A DNA stretch of 38,611 nucleotides, from NCBI RefSeq assembly GCF_004010195.1, contig NC_057752.1, positions 7,033,971 to 7,072,581 on the forward strand, given 5' to 3'. Numbering within the stretch: the stretch's first letter is position 1; every line of letters starts with the position of its first letter. Made by a program: the position numbers and the translations under genes. Origin of the DNA: Chiloscyllium plagiosum (Eukaryota). The notes beneath the pieces are model-generated. The model saw only the letters and a program-made list of their open reading frames with translations. It was not told the DNA's origin and did not search any database. Positions 24,555 to 36,680 of this stretch are shown here, in pieces.

Positions 24555-27180
24555 CTGGATGATAGACAGGCTTTGGGGAAGTCAGGAGGTGAGTTACTTG
24601 CCATGGCATTCCTAACCTCTAAACTGTTCTTGTAGCCACTGTGTTTATGTGGCAAGTCCAGTTGAGTTTCTGGCCAATGGTAACCCCAAGGATGTTGATA
24701 GTGGGGGATTCAATGATGGTAACACCATTGAATGTCATAGGGCAGTGGTTAGATTGTCTTTTGTTGGAGATGGTCATTACCTGGCATTTGTGTAGCGCGA
24801 ATATTACTTGCCACTTGTCAGCCCAAACCTGGATAATGTCCAAATCTTGTTGCATTTGGACATGGACTGCTTCAGTATCTGAGTCATGAATGGTACTGAA
24901 CATTGCACAATCAGCAAGCACCCCCACTTCTGACCTTATGGTGGAGGGAATATTATTTAGGAAGCAGCTGAAAATGTTTGGGGCAAGCACTCTATCCTGA
25001 GGAATTCCAGCAGAGATGTCATGGAGCTGAGATGACTGACCTCCAACAACCACAGCCTTCTTCCTTTGTGCCAGGTATGACTCCAGCCAGAGAGTTTGCT
25101 CCCTGCTACTCAATGATTTCAAATTTGCAAGGGCTCCTTGATGCCACAGTCAAAAGTGACCTTCATGTCAAGGGCTCTAATCTCACGCATGGAATTCAGC
25201 TCTTTTGTCCACGTTTGATCCAAGGCAGTAATGAGGTCAGGAGCTGAGTGGCCCTGGTGGAACCCAAACTGGGCGTCACTGAGCAGGCGCTGCTTGATAG
25301 CACTGTTGATGACACCTTCCATCACTTTACTGATGACCAAGCATACACTGATAGGGCAGTAATTGGCCAGGTTGGATTTATCCTGCCATCTGTGTACAGG
25401 ACATACCTAGGGAAAGCCCACACAGTCAGTGTTTAAACTGCACTGAAAGAGCTTGACAAGGGGAGCAGCATGTTCTGGAGCACAAGTCTTCAGAACTATT
25501 GGAATGTTTTCAGGGCTCATAGCCTTTGCACTGTCCAGTGCCAGCAACCATTTATTCATATCATGTGGAGTGAAAAGAATTGGCTGAAAACTGGTATCTG
25601 TGATGCTGGGGACCACTGGAGGAAGCAGAGATGGATCATCCACTTGCCACTTCTGGCTGAAGATTGTTATGAATGCTTCAGCCTTATCTTTTACACTGAT
25701 TTGTTGGATCTTGCATCATTGAGGATTGGGATATTTGTGGTTGTTTAATAGTCCACTACCATTCATGACTGGATCTGGCAGAACTTCAGAGCTTAGATTT
25801 GATCCATTAGTTGTGGGATTGCTGATTTCTTCATATCACTTGCTGTTTGACATGCAAGTAGTCCTGTTTTGTAAGATTCACCAGATTGACACCTCATTTT
25901 TAGGTATGCCTGTAGCTTCTGCTGCTCCTGCCATGCCCTCCTGCACTCTCCATTGAACCAGCATTGATCCCCGGCTCGATGGTAATGGTTGAGTGTGAGA
26001 TACACCAGGCTAGGAGGTTACAGATTGTGCTGGAGTACAATTCTGTCGCTGTTGATAGCCCACAGTGCCTCATGGATGCCCAGTCTTGAATTGCTAGATC
26101 TGTTTGAAGTCCGGCTCATTTAGCACAGTGATAGTGCCACACAGTATGATGGAGAGTATTCTCAACGTGAGTGGGATTCCATTCACACAATGACTGTGTG
26201 GTGGTCACTCTGACATGATGCGGTCATAGACAGATGCATCTGGAGCTGAGGGCAGATTGGTAAGGATGAGGTCAGGTTTATTTTTCCCTCTTGTTGGTTC
26301 CCTCACTACCTGCCACAGACCCAGTCTAGCAGCTATGTCCTTTATGACCTGACTAGCTCAATCAGTAGTATTGCTGCCAAGCCACTCGGTGCTGGATATT
26401 GAAATCCCTCACCCAGAGTACATTCTGTGCCCTTGCCATCCTCAGTGCTTCCTCCAAGTATTGTTCAACATGGTGGGGCATTGATTCATCAGCCAAGGGA
26501 GGACAATACATGGTAGATCAGTAGGAGTTTTCCTTGCCCATGCTTAACCTGAAGCCATGAGACTTCATGGATTGAGGTTGAACATTGTATACAGTTGCCC
26601 TCTGAGTCAATGTGCCACTACTGCTTGGTCTGTCCCGTTGGTGAGAAAATCAGGGATGGTGATGATGGTGTCAAGGATATAGTCATCCTCATAAAATCAT
26701 ACCTTACAGACAATGTCAGGCTGTTGCTTAATTACCCTGGGAGACAGCTCTCCCAATTTTGGCACGAGCCCCATATCAGTAAGGACGACTTTGCAAGGGC
26801 TGTTTGTGCCATTGTCTTTTCTGATGCCTAGGCCAATGTCAGTTGGTCCATCTGTTTCACTTCTTTGTTGAAACGTCATAGTGATTGATACAACAGAGTC
26901 ACTTCCTGGGCCATTTCAGAGGACTTTGAGAGTCAACTACATCTGTGGATCTGACCAGGTAGTCCAGACCAGGTAAGGATGGCAGTTTGCTTCCCTAAAG
27001 GACATTAGTGAACCAGATGAGTTTTTCTGACAATCGACAATAGATCCATGGTCATCAGTGGATTTTCAATTCCAGTTTTTAAAATTTAAATACCACCATC
27101 TGCCACGGCTGGATTCGAGCCTGGGTCCCAAAGTTTCTGGATTAATAGTCTAGTGATAATACCACTAGGCCATTGCCTCC
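24555..27180 (-). mobile_element. CR1/L2-group LINE (EN+RT, decayed) with a tRNA-like 5' head
   Basis: Head GGAGGCAATGGCCTAGTGG...GGCTCGAATCC (27180-27111). EN start GLVPKLGELS..KQQPDIV. RT relics LKTCAPEHAAPLVKLFQ, QFGFHQGHSAPDLITAL and WADKWQVIF. Confidence 0.8.
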
Positions 27181-28160
27181 TTGTTAGAGGATAAAGTTTG
27201 ATGTTCACCTAAATTTTTCCATTAGGGAAGTGACAGTGTAGGAATTTATTGCTTTTAAAACTAGGCTGCTAAATGTTCTGGCAGGCTGCACATGCTCACA
27301 ATGTGTCCCCAATTAACAGCACAGGTACAGTGTATCCACCTATTTGGAAGCACATTCCAGTCCTGCTTCAGAACAACTGTACAGGATGCAACCAGACTCA
27401 AGTTTCAAGTCACAGTTCTTTTAAGAACAGGTGAGAGATAGATGTACAATGGTTTACTAAAGCTACACTCCATCAATCACAAAAAGCAAAGACATGAACA
27501 GGTCCAAAAAAAACAGAATGTACAGACAGCTTTGACCTTATTATTCTGCTTCCCTGTTTAAACAGGAATTTCACCTCCCTGCTTGACCACTCCTTCTGCC
27601 ACATGTTACCTGCCTGCCTACTGCAGTTCTTCAGATCACCAGTTATTGATGGACTGGTGTAGCATGCAGGGCAGCATGAAAATGGGGGTCTGTTTCCAGG
27701 CATGAGGATGGTGTGGTTCAGACCTCCACTATTGCTTCAACTAAAATTGCACAAAACTAGAACCTCCTAATCACCCCAAACTTAATGGCACATATTTAGG
27801 AGTAATAATCTTTCTTTTTAAAAGGACTTCTTTGCATCGTCAAGTAAGGCGATAAAAGTTTCAAACACCAGATTGCTTGCTGGTGCATTTGGCCAGTTCC
27901 TCCAGGTCTGGCTTTTCCATTTTGTTATTGCTCCGTTTCTTCTCTCGTAAATGTGGTGACTTTGTAAGTTTAGGAATTTGCTGCTGTTACATTTTTCTAT
28001 TGACATAAATATATGTGAACTTCTAGTTAAAATGCCATAGAATCTACATCCACTCAGAAACCATTAGTGCTGACCATAGAAATGGATCTCAAGGCAGCAC
28101 AGAATCCCAGACAGCCGACAACAGGACAAGCTTACTTTGCTCAAGTATTTACCTCAATGC

Positions 28161-28320
28161 AATCTTTGCGCAAATTTCAGCTCACTGCTGCCAGCATGAT
28201 CTTAATGAGTGCATATATTCAGCTCATTTAGCGCTAGTGTGATTTTTGCGCAAATATTCAGCTCTTTACTGCTCTTAGTATGATCTTATCGCACACATTT
28301 CCCCCACTGCTGTACAATCT
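28161..28320. repeat. Degenerate tandem repeat of about 40 bp (about 4 units)
   Basis: Units starting near 28161, 28198, 28241 and 28282 share ATCTT..GCGCA.AT.TTCAGCTC..CTGCT. Confidence 0.6.
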
Positions 28321-28485
28321 TACTTTTGCAAAATGGCTGCCTCATTCCCCCATGTCATGAAGAGCTTACTATGTGTAAAGTGCTTTTAGATGTTTGAGGG
28401 AATTCATTACATGCTATAAAAATGTAAAGACCCGCTTTACAGGCAATGTTTCATTTAACCACACAACACAAAAAAAAAGTCCTTA

Positions 28486-28710
<225 letters not shown>

Positions 28711-28832
28711 TCAAAGTCTCAATATTCTCAGATTACTTTACATGAAAGAAGTGGAATTACAACACCTGCTAACTCTGCACCACCTTTTTAAAGCAGCTTA
28801 CAATGAAACTATATCAAAGGCTGGGTGCCCAT

Positions 28833-28980
28833 GCCTGTGTGGGTCTGTGCACGGGACCATGTGTTGGACTCTGTCGTGGCTGTGTCGGACGGTGTGTTGC
28901 GCATGTGTTGGATTGTTTACTGTACCTGTGTGGGACTGTGCATCAGATTGAGAGTCACACTGGGACTGTGCAGCACACGT
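28833..28980. repeat. Degenerate TG-rich minisatellite
   Basis: Recurring GTGT(G/T/C)GGAC(T/G) motif. Confidence 0.5.
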
Positions 28981-29454
28981 GTTGCTACGCACCTATTTTT
29001 TGTGGTGTTAAATGAGGGAGGAATTTTGAGCAAGACACTGGGAGAAATCCTCTCTCTTCTACACACATTGTTATGGGCAAGTACACCAGGATACAGTTTC
29101 AATTCTCATCTACAAGACAATGTTGTGTCAGGATATGTGGCAGCGAATATGTGAAATGGACTTCTACACAGAGAGGGTATCTGAAGCAAATAATCCTGAA
29201 ACCTTTAAGTTAGTTCATTGTGACCTAAAGGAGGTTTGTCTGAATGGATATTCTGGGTAGTATAATGACATTGTTGACAGTACTCAGGGATGTTGGCAGC
29301 AGTGATCCAATCAATCATTTTACCACCTCCTAGTCCAGGGGACGGTGGGAGCAGTTGTTACAACATGGGGTAATATATGAGAAGTTTGTTCATAAGTCTG
29401 ATAACTGGGGAAGAAGCTGCTTTTAAAATCTGTTGGTACATGTTTTCAAACTTT

Positions 29455-32400
29455 TCAGTTGAGTTTCTGGTCAACGTTGACCTCAAGGACGTTGATAGTG
29501 AAGGACTCACTGATGGTAACACCATTGAATATCAAGATCAACAGTTAGATTGTCTCTTGTTGGAGATGGTCATTGCTTGGCATTTGTGTGGCGCAAATGT
29601 TACTTGCCACTTGTCAGCCCAAGTCTGGAATATTGTACAGATCTTGTTGCATTTTTGAACATGGACTGCTTCAGTATCTGAGAAGTCATGAATGATACTG
29701 AACATTGTGCAATCAATCATCGGTGAACAACCCCACTTTGGACCTTATAATGGAGGGAAGGTCATTGATGAAGCAGCTGGAAATGGTTGGGCCTAGAACA
29801 CTACCCTGAAGAACTCCCACAGATATGTCCTGGAGCTGAGATGACTGACCTCCAACATCCACAACCATCTTCCTCTGTGATAGGTATGACTTCAACTTGG
29901 GGAGATTTTCATCCCCAACCGAGCAACTGCCACAGACTCTAGTTTTTTTAAAGATATTTTTATTGAAAAAAAATTTCTTTTACAAAATTATAAAATACAA
30001 AAACGTGGAAACAGTGTAACAACAACAACAATAAACAACAAACCAACTACTATACTAAAAGAACTCACAACTACACTCATTACACATCAATAAATAAATA
30101 AGTAAATAACGCTGCTCAGCGTAACAAGACCATAGCTCTCAACCTTCGAGGGCATCAATTATTACGTTTGCTCTAAATTCTTCCTTTCAGGACATTAGGC
30201 TTACTAAACCAAACCACTGTGGCTAGACAAAAGCACTAATTAAAATGGCAGACAGATTTGCTTCCAAATAATTCAAAAAGGGCTGCCATGTCTTGTAAAA
30301 ATTGTCCGTTTTCTGGTGCACCATATTTGTAAGAAAGTCCAAAGGAATGTGTTCCATAATTAACTTATGCCACCCCGACAGACCCGGGGGGTTCTCAGAT
30401 ACCCAGCACATCAGAATGTTCTTCCTCACACAAAAAGTGAGGATGCTAAAAAGCCTTCTCCCATGTATAGGTAAGGGAGATAAATTCAGCAAACTCAGGA
30501 GAAGAGAAACAGGGTCCACCTTGACTTCGGTCCCCAAGACCCTCTCTATTATTCCTGCTACAGCACTCCAGTATACACGGAGCCTGTGGCAAGATCACAA
30601 ACGATGGGTGTGAGGGTACCTATATTTATTTTACATTTGGGGCACATTGAAGGTGCTCCCTGCTTAAATTTTGCAAGACCATCTGGGGCCAGATGAGCCC
30701 AATGAAGAATCTTTAACTGCATAGCAGGGGTCCTGCTACATATCAAACTCTACCTCACATTCTTACAAATGTCCTCCCATGTTTCGGGAGTGATCTCCAC
30801 CCCTACCTCTCTCTCCCAGACCTTCCATAATCGCTCAATGTCACCCGAGGAACCTCCCCCCAACAAATGATAGACAGTACTCACTGAAAGAGTGATCCTA
30901 GCCTGAAGCACCTTCTTTTCCGTATCAGATCTATAACACTCAGTCAAAAGCATGGTCTCCTATCGGACAAAATCTCTGATCTGAAAAATACGGAAGAGGA
31001 CCTGACTCGATAATCCTTACTTACGAGTTATTTGATCAAATGATGTTAATGTTTCATCTTCAAACAGGTCACCCAAACAAGAGACTCCCCTATCTGCCCA
31101 GGACGTAAACCCGGGATCCACTGTTCCTGGTTGGAAATGTGGCATACCGATTATGGGAGTATGGAAAGATGTTTTAGACATATTACCCTCCATCTGTCTC
31201 ATTGCCCTCCATGCTTTGACAGTGTTAATAACTATTGGATTGCGGCAGTGTTCTGCAACTATCCTCACTTTGTCCATAAACAACAGGTTAATAAGAGGAG
31301 GCCTCTTATTAACACTCTGCCTGGGAGGCCTCAATGTCCAACCACATCGACGCAGAGTCCTCACAGGCCCAATCACTCTCAAAAAATAGAAGGGAGCTCA
31401 ACTGATATCTTCTGACATCCAGGAGATCCACTCCTCCCAACTCCTGGAGTATTTGCAATTTTGTAAGCTTGATAAGGGGCCACTTATGATACCAAATAAA
31501 AGAACTAAACCAATCATTTAATTTCCGAAACGTTTGTCTCAGAAAAAGCAAGGGAAGCATCCACAGAGGGTATAATAAGCGAGAAAGAACATGCATTTCA
31601 ATAAGAGCAATTCGACCTAGCCATGATATTAGAAGGGCCTCCCATCTTTGACGGTCTTGTTTAATCTTGTGAAACAAATAAATAAAATTAGCCTTGAATA
31701 ACTGATCAAAACTGGGGGTAACAGAGAGACCCAAATAAAGAAAGCTTCCCTGTGCCCCCTTAAAGCTTCCCTGTGCCCACCTTCAACGTCCAGAATTCCC
31801 CTAAGACCCCTCCATAGGCATAGCGTCCAACTTTGAAAAATTGATCTTGTAACCTGAGAAAAAGTCAAACGAACTAATACACCGTATCAAACAGGGCACA
31901 GAAACTGCCGGGTTCGAAAGAAAAATGAGAACATCATCCACATATAATGCGATCTCAAGCACCTTCGACCCCACCTTTGGGGCAGCTATATTAGGGTCCC
32001 CACGAATGGCCTCCGCCAATGGCTCAATCACCAATGTGAAAAGCAAAGGTGAAAGGGGACAGCCTTGCCGACTGCCCCTACCAGTGTTAAAATTAGCAGA
32101 CCTTATACCATTGGTGAGAACCGCTGCCAGAGAATCCTTACCAATCTAGTAAACACTTCACCCAGGCCAAACCGCTCCAGAGTATAAAAAAGATGTGGCC
32201 ATTCCACCCAATCAAATGCTTTCTCCCCATCCAAGGAGACCACCAACCCTTGAACCAATCGCTGCTGGCACAGCAACCTCCTAACATTATTAGAAGATCT
32301 TTATAAAGCCCATCTGATCCTTCTTTACAATAGAGGGCAACCTTTCCAACCTCAATTCCAGAGTCTTTGATAAAATTTTAAAATCAGAGTTTAAAAGCGA

Positions 32401-34150
32401 GATGGGTCTGTAAGAACCAGAGTCCTCCCCTTTCTTGAGGATAAGGCAAATATTAGCCTCTCTCAAGGATGGCGGGAGGCAATCCCAACTATATGAATAG
32501 TTATAAATGTCGAGCATCGGCCCTAACAGTATGTTTACAAATTCTTTATAAAACTCACTGGGCCAGCCATCAGAGCCGGGTGCCTTTCCACTTTGAAGCT
32601 GCCTCACTGCCTCCTGGATCTCTTCAGCTGTTAACGGAGCACTAAGGAGAGACGCCTGCTCAGCAGTCATACCGGGAAGATCCAAATTCCTAAAAAAAAG
32701 ACTCCATCTTATCCCATCTGTCCTCACAGCATTCAGACTGGTAAAGTTCAGAGTAAAACCTCTGAAATGCCTCATTGATATTTTTACCATCAAAAGAGTC
32801 CCATTCCCTTCCCTAATAGAAGCAATAGACTGGGAGGTATTCTTCTTCCTAAGCAGACATGCCAAATATTTACCCACCCTATCACCATGCTTAAACAGCC
32901 TCTGCTTTGTAAAGGAAAGTTCCTTCCTGGCTGTATGCGTAAGCATGAAGTTTAAGGTGAATCGAAGGGCTATGATCCGCTGCAGCTCAGTCAGTGATGA
33001 TCTACTGTAATATGCCGTCTCAACTGCCTTCAATCATGCCTCAAGCAGACACTGCTGCACTCCCTTCCGTCACTTCTGGCTGGCAGAGTATGAGGTAATT
33101 ATCCCTCTAGCATAGGCCTTAATAGTCTCCCAAACAACGGACGGATTACCAGCTGTACCAGAGTTGGTGGCTAAAAAAGCTTCACACTCCTAGAGAGATA
33201 TTGTACAAACTTGCTGTCCTTGAGAATGAAGGGATCTAATCATCAGTACCGTGAGCCCATTGCATCACCCTTAAGCTTAACCATTAATTATACTGCTGCA
33301 TGATCAGAGATGGCAATATTCCCAACTGAACATCCACTTGCCACTTCTGGCTGAAGATTATTGTGAATGCTTCAGTCTTAACTTTTGCAATGACGTGTTG
33401 GGTCTTCCAATGAGGATGGGGATATTTGTGGAGCCTCCTCCTCCACGAGAGTTGGATTTGGTGGGATTGCAGAGCTTAGATCTGATCCGTTGCTTGTGGG
33501 ATCACTTAGCTCTGTCTATCACTTGCTTATGCTGTTTGATGGCTTCACCAGGTTGACACCTCATTTTCAGGAATGACTGCTGCTGCTCCTGGCATGCCCT
33601 CCTGCACTCTCCATTGAACCAGAGTTGATCCCTGGCTCGATGGTAATGGTTGAGTGGGAGATAAAGCAGGCCACGAGGTTACAGATTGCACTAGAGTACG
33701 ATTCTACTGCTGTTAATGGCTCACAGCACCTCATGGATGCCCAGTCTTGAGATGCTAGATCTGTTTGAAGTCTGTCCCATTTAGCACAGTGATAGTGCCA
33801 CACAACACAATTGAAGTTATTGTCAATGTGGTGAGACTTCACCTCCACAAAGACAGTGTGGTGGTCACTCTTACCAACACTGTCATGGACAGGTGTGTCT
33901 GCAGCCAGCAGATTGCTAAGGATGAGTCAAGTATGTTTTTCATTCTTATTGGTTTGGTCATCACCTTCCGTAGACCCAGTCTAGCAGCTATGTCCTTTAG
34001 GACCCAACCAGCTTGGTCAGTAGTACTGCTGCTATTGAGCCACTTTTGGTAGAGTCTCCCATCCAGTATTTTGTGCCTGTCCCACTCTCAGTACTTCCTC
34101 TGTGTGGACTTCATAGGGTCTGGATTCAATGTTGAGGACTTACAGGGTGG
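29455..34150 (-). mobile_element. Second copy of the CR1/L2-group LINE, split by L1 (pieces about 29455-29920 and 33328-34150)
   Basis: QGSVLGPTISSCFINDLPS...LFTDD. The pieces align with about 24660-25100 and 25636-26590. Confidence 0.85.
29943..33327 (-). mobile_element. 5'-truncated L1-clade LINE ORF2 pseudogene (about 3.4 kb), sense to CDK2 in intron 1
   Basis: Contains the EN end (IAISDHAA), GKAPGSDG...SYRPISLLNSDFKILSK, RQGCPLSP, LYVDDVLIFL and GYKINFSK, and a C-terminal CPKC. AATAAA at 29964-29959 is followed by a short A tail. Many frameshifts. Confidence 0.9.
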
Positions 34151-34339
34151 CAACCCCACATCGAACAACAATGAGACCGAAGACCATTTCCATTTCCGAA
34201 AATACTTGCCAAATGTTTGCTTGGAGATGTGGCTCTAGGATTGGGCCCATCAGCCACAAAGGAACTCATTACCAATGACACAGAATTCCTAGGTGAACAA
34301 TCATACTCATTAGCAAGTGATTGCTCATGATGACGTATG

Positions 34340-34520
34340 AACAAAACATGGAAAACAGGAGCAAGATTGGTCATTTGGCCCATTGAGCTCTGTCCATCAT
34401 TCAATGTGACCATGACTGATTCTGTATCTCAATGCCATACTCCTGCTCTTGCCCTATGCCCTTGTCACCTTCAGTGCCTAAAAAATCTACTTCTTTGTTA
34501 AACATATTCAGTGATTCAGC
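34340..34520 (-). mobile_element. CR1 3'-end fragment
   Basis: AACAGGAGCAAGATTGGTCATTTGGCCCATTGAGCTCTGTCCATCATTCAAT is the reverse complement of a CR1-like tail; a similar piece lies at about 11797-11900. Confidence 0.6.
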
Positions 34521-35237
34521 TTCCATCATCAAAACATGGACTGTATACTGTAAATATTAAAAACTATTACAATTGTATCGTGCCAGTGGATTTTTGCCTA
34601 CTTTGTTGGTGTTGGAATTCAGGCTATCTGTCTTCTGTTGCTATCTCAAGACCCCTTCAGGTTAATCATAGTGCCCCTCATTACTACCTGAGCGAAGATT
34701 AAGCTCAGTCAGTAGAGAATCAAACCTGAAGATTTTCCTCAATGGCGTGCAGTACACAGCTGTACTACTGTACAAGTCATGATAGGAATCAGAAAAATGA
34801 ATCAAAAACTTTAGTCAAATCAGTGTGCAGCGGACATTAAGGAGTACCTAAAGTCTTGGCATCATGGGGAAAGCAGATTGGATGACTGCCTCGATCATCA
34901 ATAACTCTTAATTCTCCACTCCCTCTGTTGTTACAAGATCAGTCGTACACATTACAAGGCCTGTCGCCACCATTAACACAATCTGTATTTCAGGAAGTTA
35001 CAGAATTCGGGCAGTAAACGCGTGCAGAATCTAATGTTTATTTTTTTAAAAAACTATAACTCCTCCCGTGGATAAAAAGTTTACGCAAAACTATAGCAGT
35101 CTTAACCAGCGCCAACAAAACATAAAAGTGGTTGCATCCTGCTAGATCTTTTGTGCCTGCGCCAAGACCCGTATATGCCGGTTTAATAATCTCGCTATCG
35201 GTCGCTCACAAACTTTCAAAAGAACCCCGCCACTCAC

Positions 35238-35353
35238 GTGTCTAGTCGAATTTTCTTCAGGGCCACCACTTCACCAGTGTCTTTATTTTTGGCTTTATAT
35301 ACCACACCATACGTCCCTTCTCCGATCTTCTCGACTTTCTGGAAACTGTCCAT
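35238..35353 (-). CDS. CDK2: CDK2 exon 1 (coding part, 116 nt)
   Basis: AGGATGG Kozak context; [38 protein letters not shown](T); GTGAGT donor. T14, Y15 and K33 are present. Confidence 0.98.
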
Positions 35354-35605
35354 CCTCTCTCTCTCTATCTTCCCCCACCTCCTCCTCCTCCTCCTCCTGC
35401 CAGCCTTTGCTCTTCAGTTCGTCCCTCGCGAGACGATCAACGGCTCTGGTCTAAAGGGAAACGATGGTGACTTTCCAGCCGAGATTGCGGAACAGACAGA
35501 AACCGTAACAAAGTAACATTCAGCACCGCGCCATGACACTGCTTTTCCCGCGCTCCTTCAGTCCCACCCACATCCTATACCATTGGTCCAGGAAGTTCAA
35601 GCTGC
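35354..35605 (-). promoter_or_regulatory. CDK2 5' UTR and proximal promoter
   Basis: CpG-enriched. E2F consensus TTTCCCGC at 35544-35551, CCAAT (minus) at 35586-35582, CTCGCGAGA at 35425-35433, and a GGA/GA purine tract just before the ATG. Confidence 0.7.
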
Positions 35606-36020
35606 GAGTATCATCATCTTCTGGATTGGTGGTGCTGGAAGAGCACAGCAGTTCAGGCAGCATCCAAGGAGCTTCGAAATCGACGTTTCGGGCAAAAGCC
35701 CTTCATCAGGAATAAAGGCAGAGAGCCTGAAGCGTGGAGAGATAAGCTAGAGGAGGGTGGGGAGAAAGTAGCATAGAGTACAATGGGNNNNNNNNNNNNN
35801 NNNNNNNNGGCGGTGAAGGAGGCCCAGGATCTCCATGTCCTCGGCAGAGTGGGAGTGGGAGGGGGAGTTGAAATGTTGGGCCACGGGGCGGTGTGGTTGA
35901 TTGGTGCGGGTGTCCCGGAGATGTTCCCTAAAGCGCTCTGCTAGGAGGCGCCCAGTCTCCCCAATGTAGAGGAGACCGCATCGGGAGCAACGGATACAAT
36001 AAATGATATTAGTGGATGTG
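35606..36020 (-). mobile_element. Young Penelope-like element 3' part (GIY-YIG + terminus); contains an assembly gap at 35788-35808
   Basis: NIIYCIRCSRCGLLYIGETGRLLAERFREHL...PVAQHFNSPSH; CpGs are undecayed. Confidence 0.9.
35679..35714 (-). ncRNA. Minimal type I hammerhead ribozyme motif with intact core
   Basis: TATTC-CTGATGA-A-GGGC(TTTT)GCCC-GAAA-CG-TC-GA; the palindrome ACGT replaces helix III. Confidence 0.75.
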
Positions 36021-36203
36021 ATCATCAAACGAGTTGTCCCATGAAAGGAGCTTTCCAAGGATTAGAATATACTGATGGAGCGCATAACTTATTGAAAAGA
36101 TAAATTATGGACATTCACTTTAAAGGCTTATTTTTGATGCCCGCCTTTATTTGTCCTAAAGCCACAAAATGTTGAGTGAGAGAGAATAAACTGAAACATT
36201 CTC

Positions 36204-36331
36204 AAATCACACAACACCAAGTTATAGTCCAACAGGTTCATCTAGAAGCACTAGCTTTTGGAGCGTTGCTCCTTCATAAACTAGTGCTTCCAAATAAACC
36301 TGTTGAACTATAACCTGGCGTTGTGTGATTT
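36204..36331. repeat. Hairpin with 51-bp inverted arms (back-to-back Penelope termini)
   Basis: 36204-36254 pairs with 36281-36331. The loop contains a decayed hammerhead. Confidence 0.85.
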
Positions 36332-36680
36332 TTAACTTCGACCACCCCAGAACAAAACATGCACCTCCGAGTCATGAAACATTTTCGGTTGCCAAAAATC
36401 ATTACCAGTGCACACTGGCTGCTATAAATGCTTTTTTGACCCATTATTAGTATTGATAGTGATTTAGGACTCTTTCAAGAACCACAGTTTTTAAAATGAA
36501 AACTGTAAAAAATTGTAGTTTTGCACAATGCCTGGAGAGAGTTTACCATGTGAATTTTTGGAACTTGGAGGTCCAAAGTGGAACTGTTTTATACTTCACT
36601 TACTGTTTCCAAAAGATCAAGTGATCCTCAGAAAAGCAGAGCTGTTCAAAAAGGTGGATTTGCTAACTTTTGCTAGACAA

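Noticed and set aside
28161..28320. CRISPR-like array
   Set aside because: The units are degenerate tandem repeats without unique spacers, there are no cas genes, and the context is vertebrate.
31741..31778. 17-bp direct repeat with period 21
   Set aside because: It is a local duplication inside a dead L1.
32290..33033. 247-aa ORF as a host gene or active RT
   Set aside because: It is a fragment of a frameshifted, 5'-truncated L1 ORF2.
35238..35516. Plus-strand 92-aa ORF and other short listed ORFs
   Set aside because: This one is the antisense shadow of CDK2 exon 1. The others are SINE/LINE shadows or random ORFs with no splice or homology support.
35788..35808. Run of N
   Set aside because: It is an assembly gap. 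The true length of the Penelope copy and all distances across the gap are uncertain.
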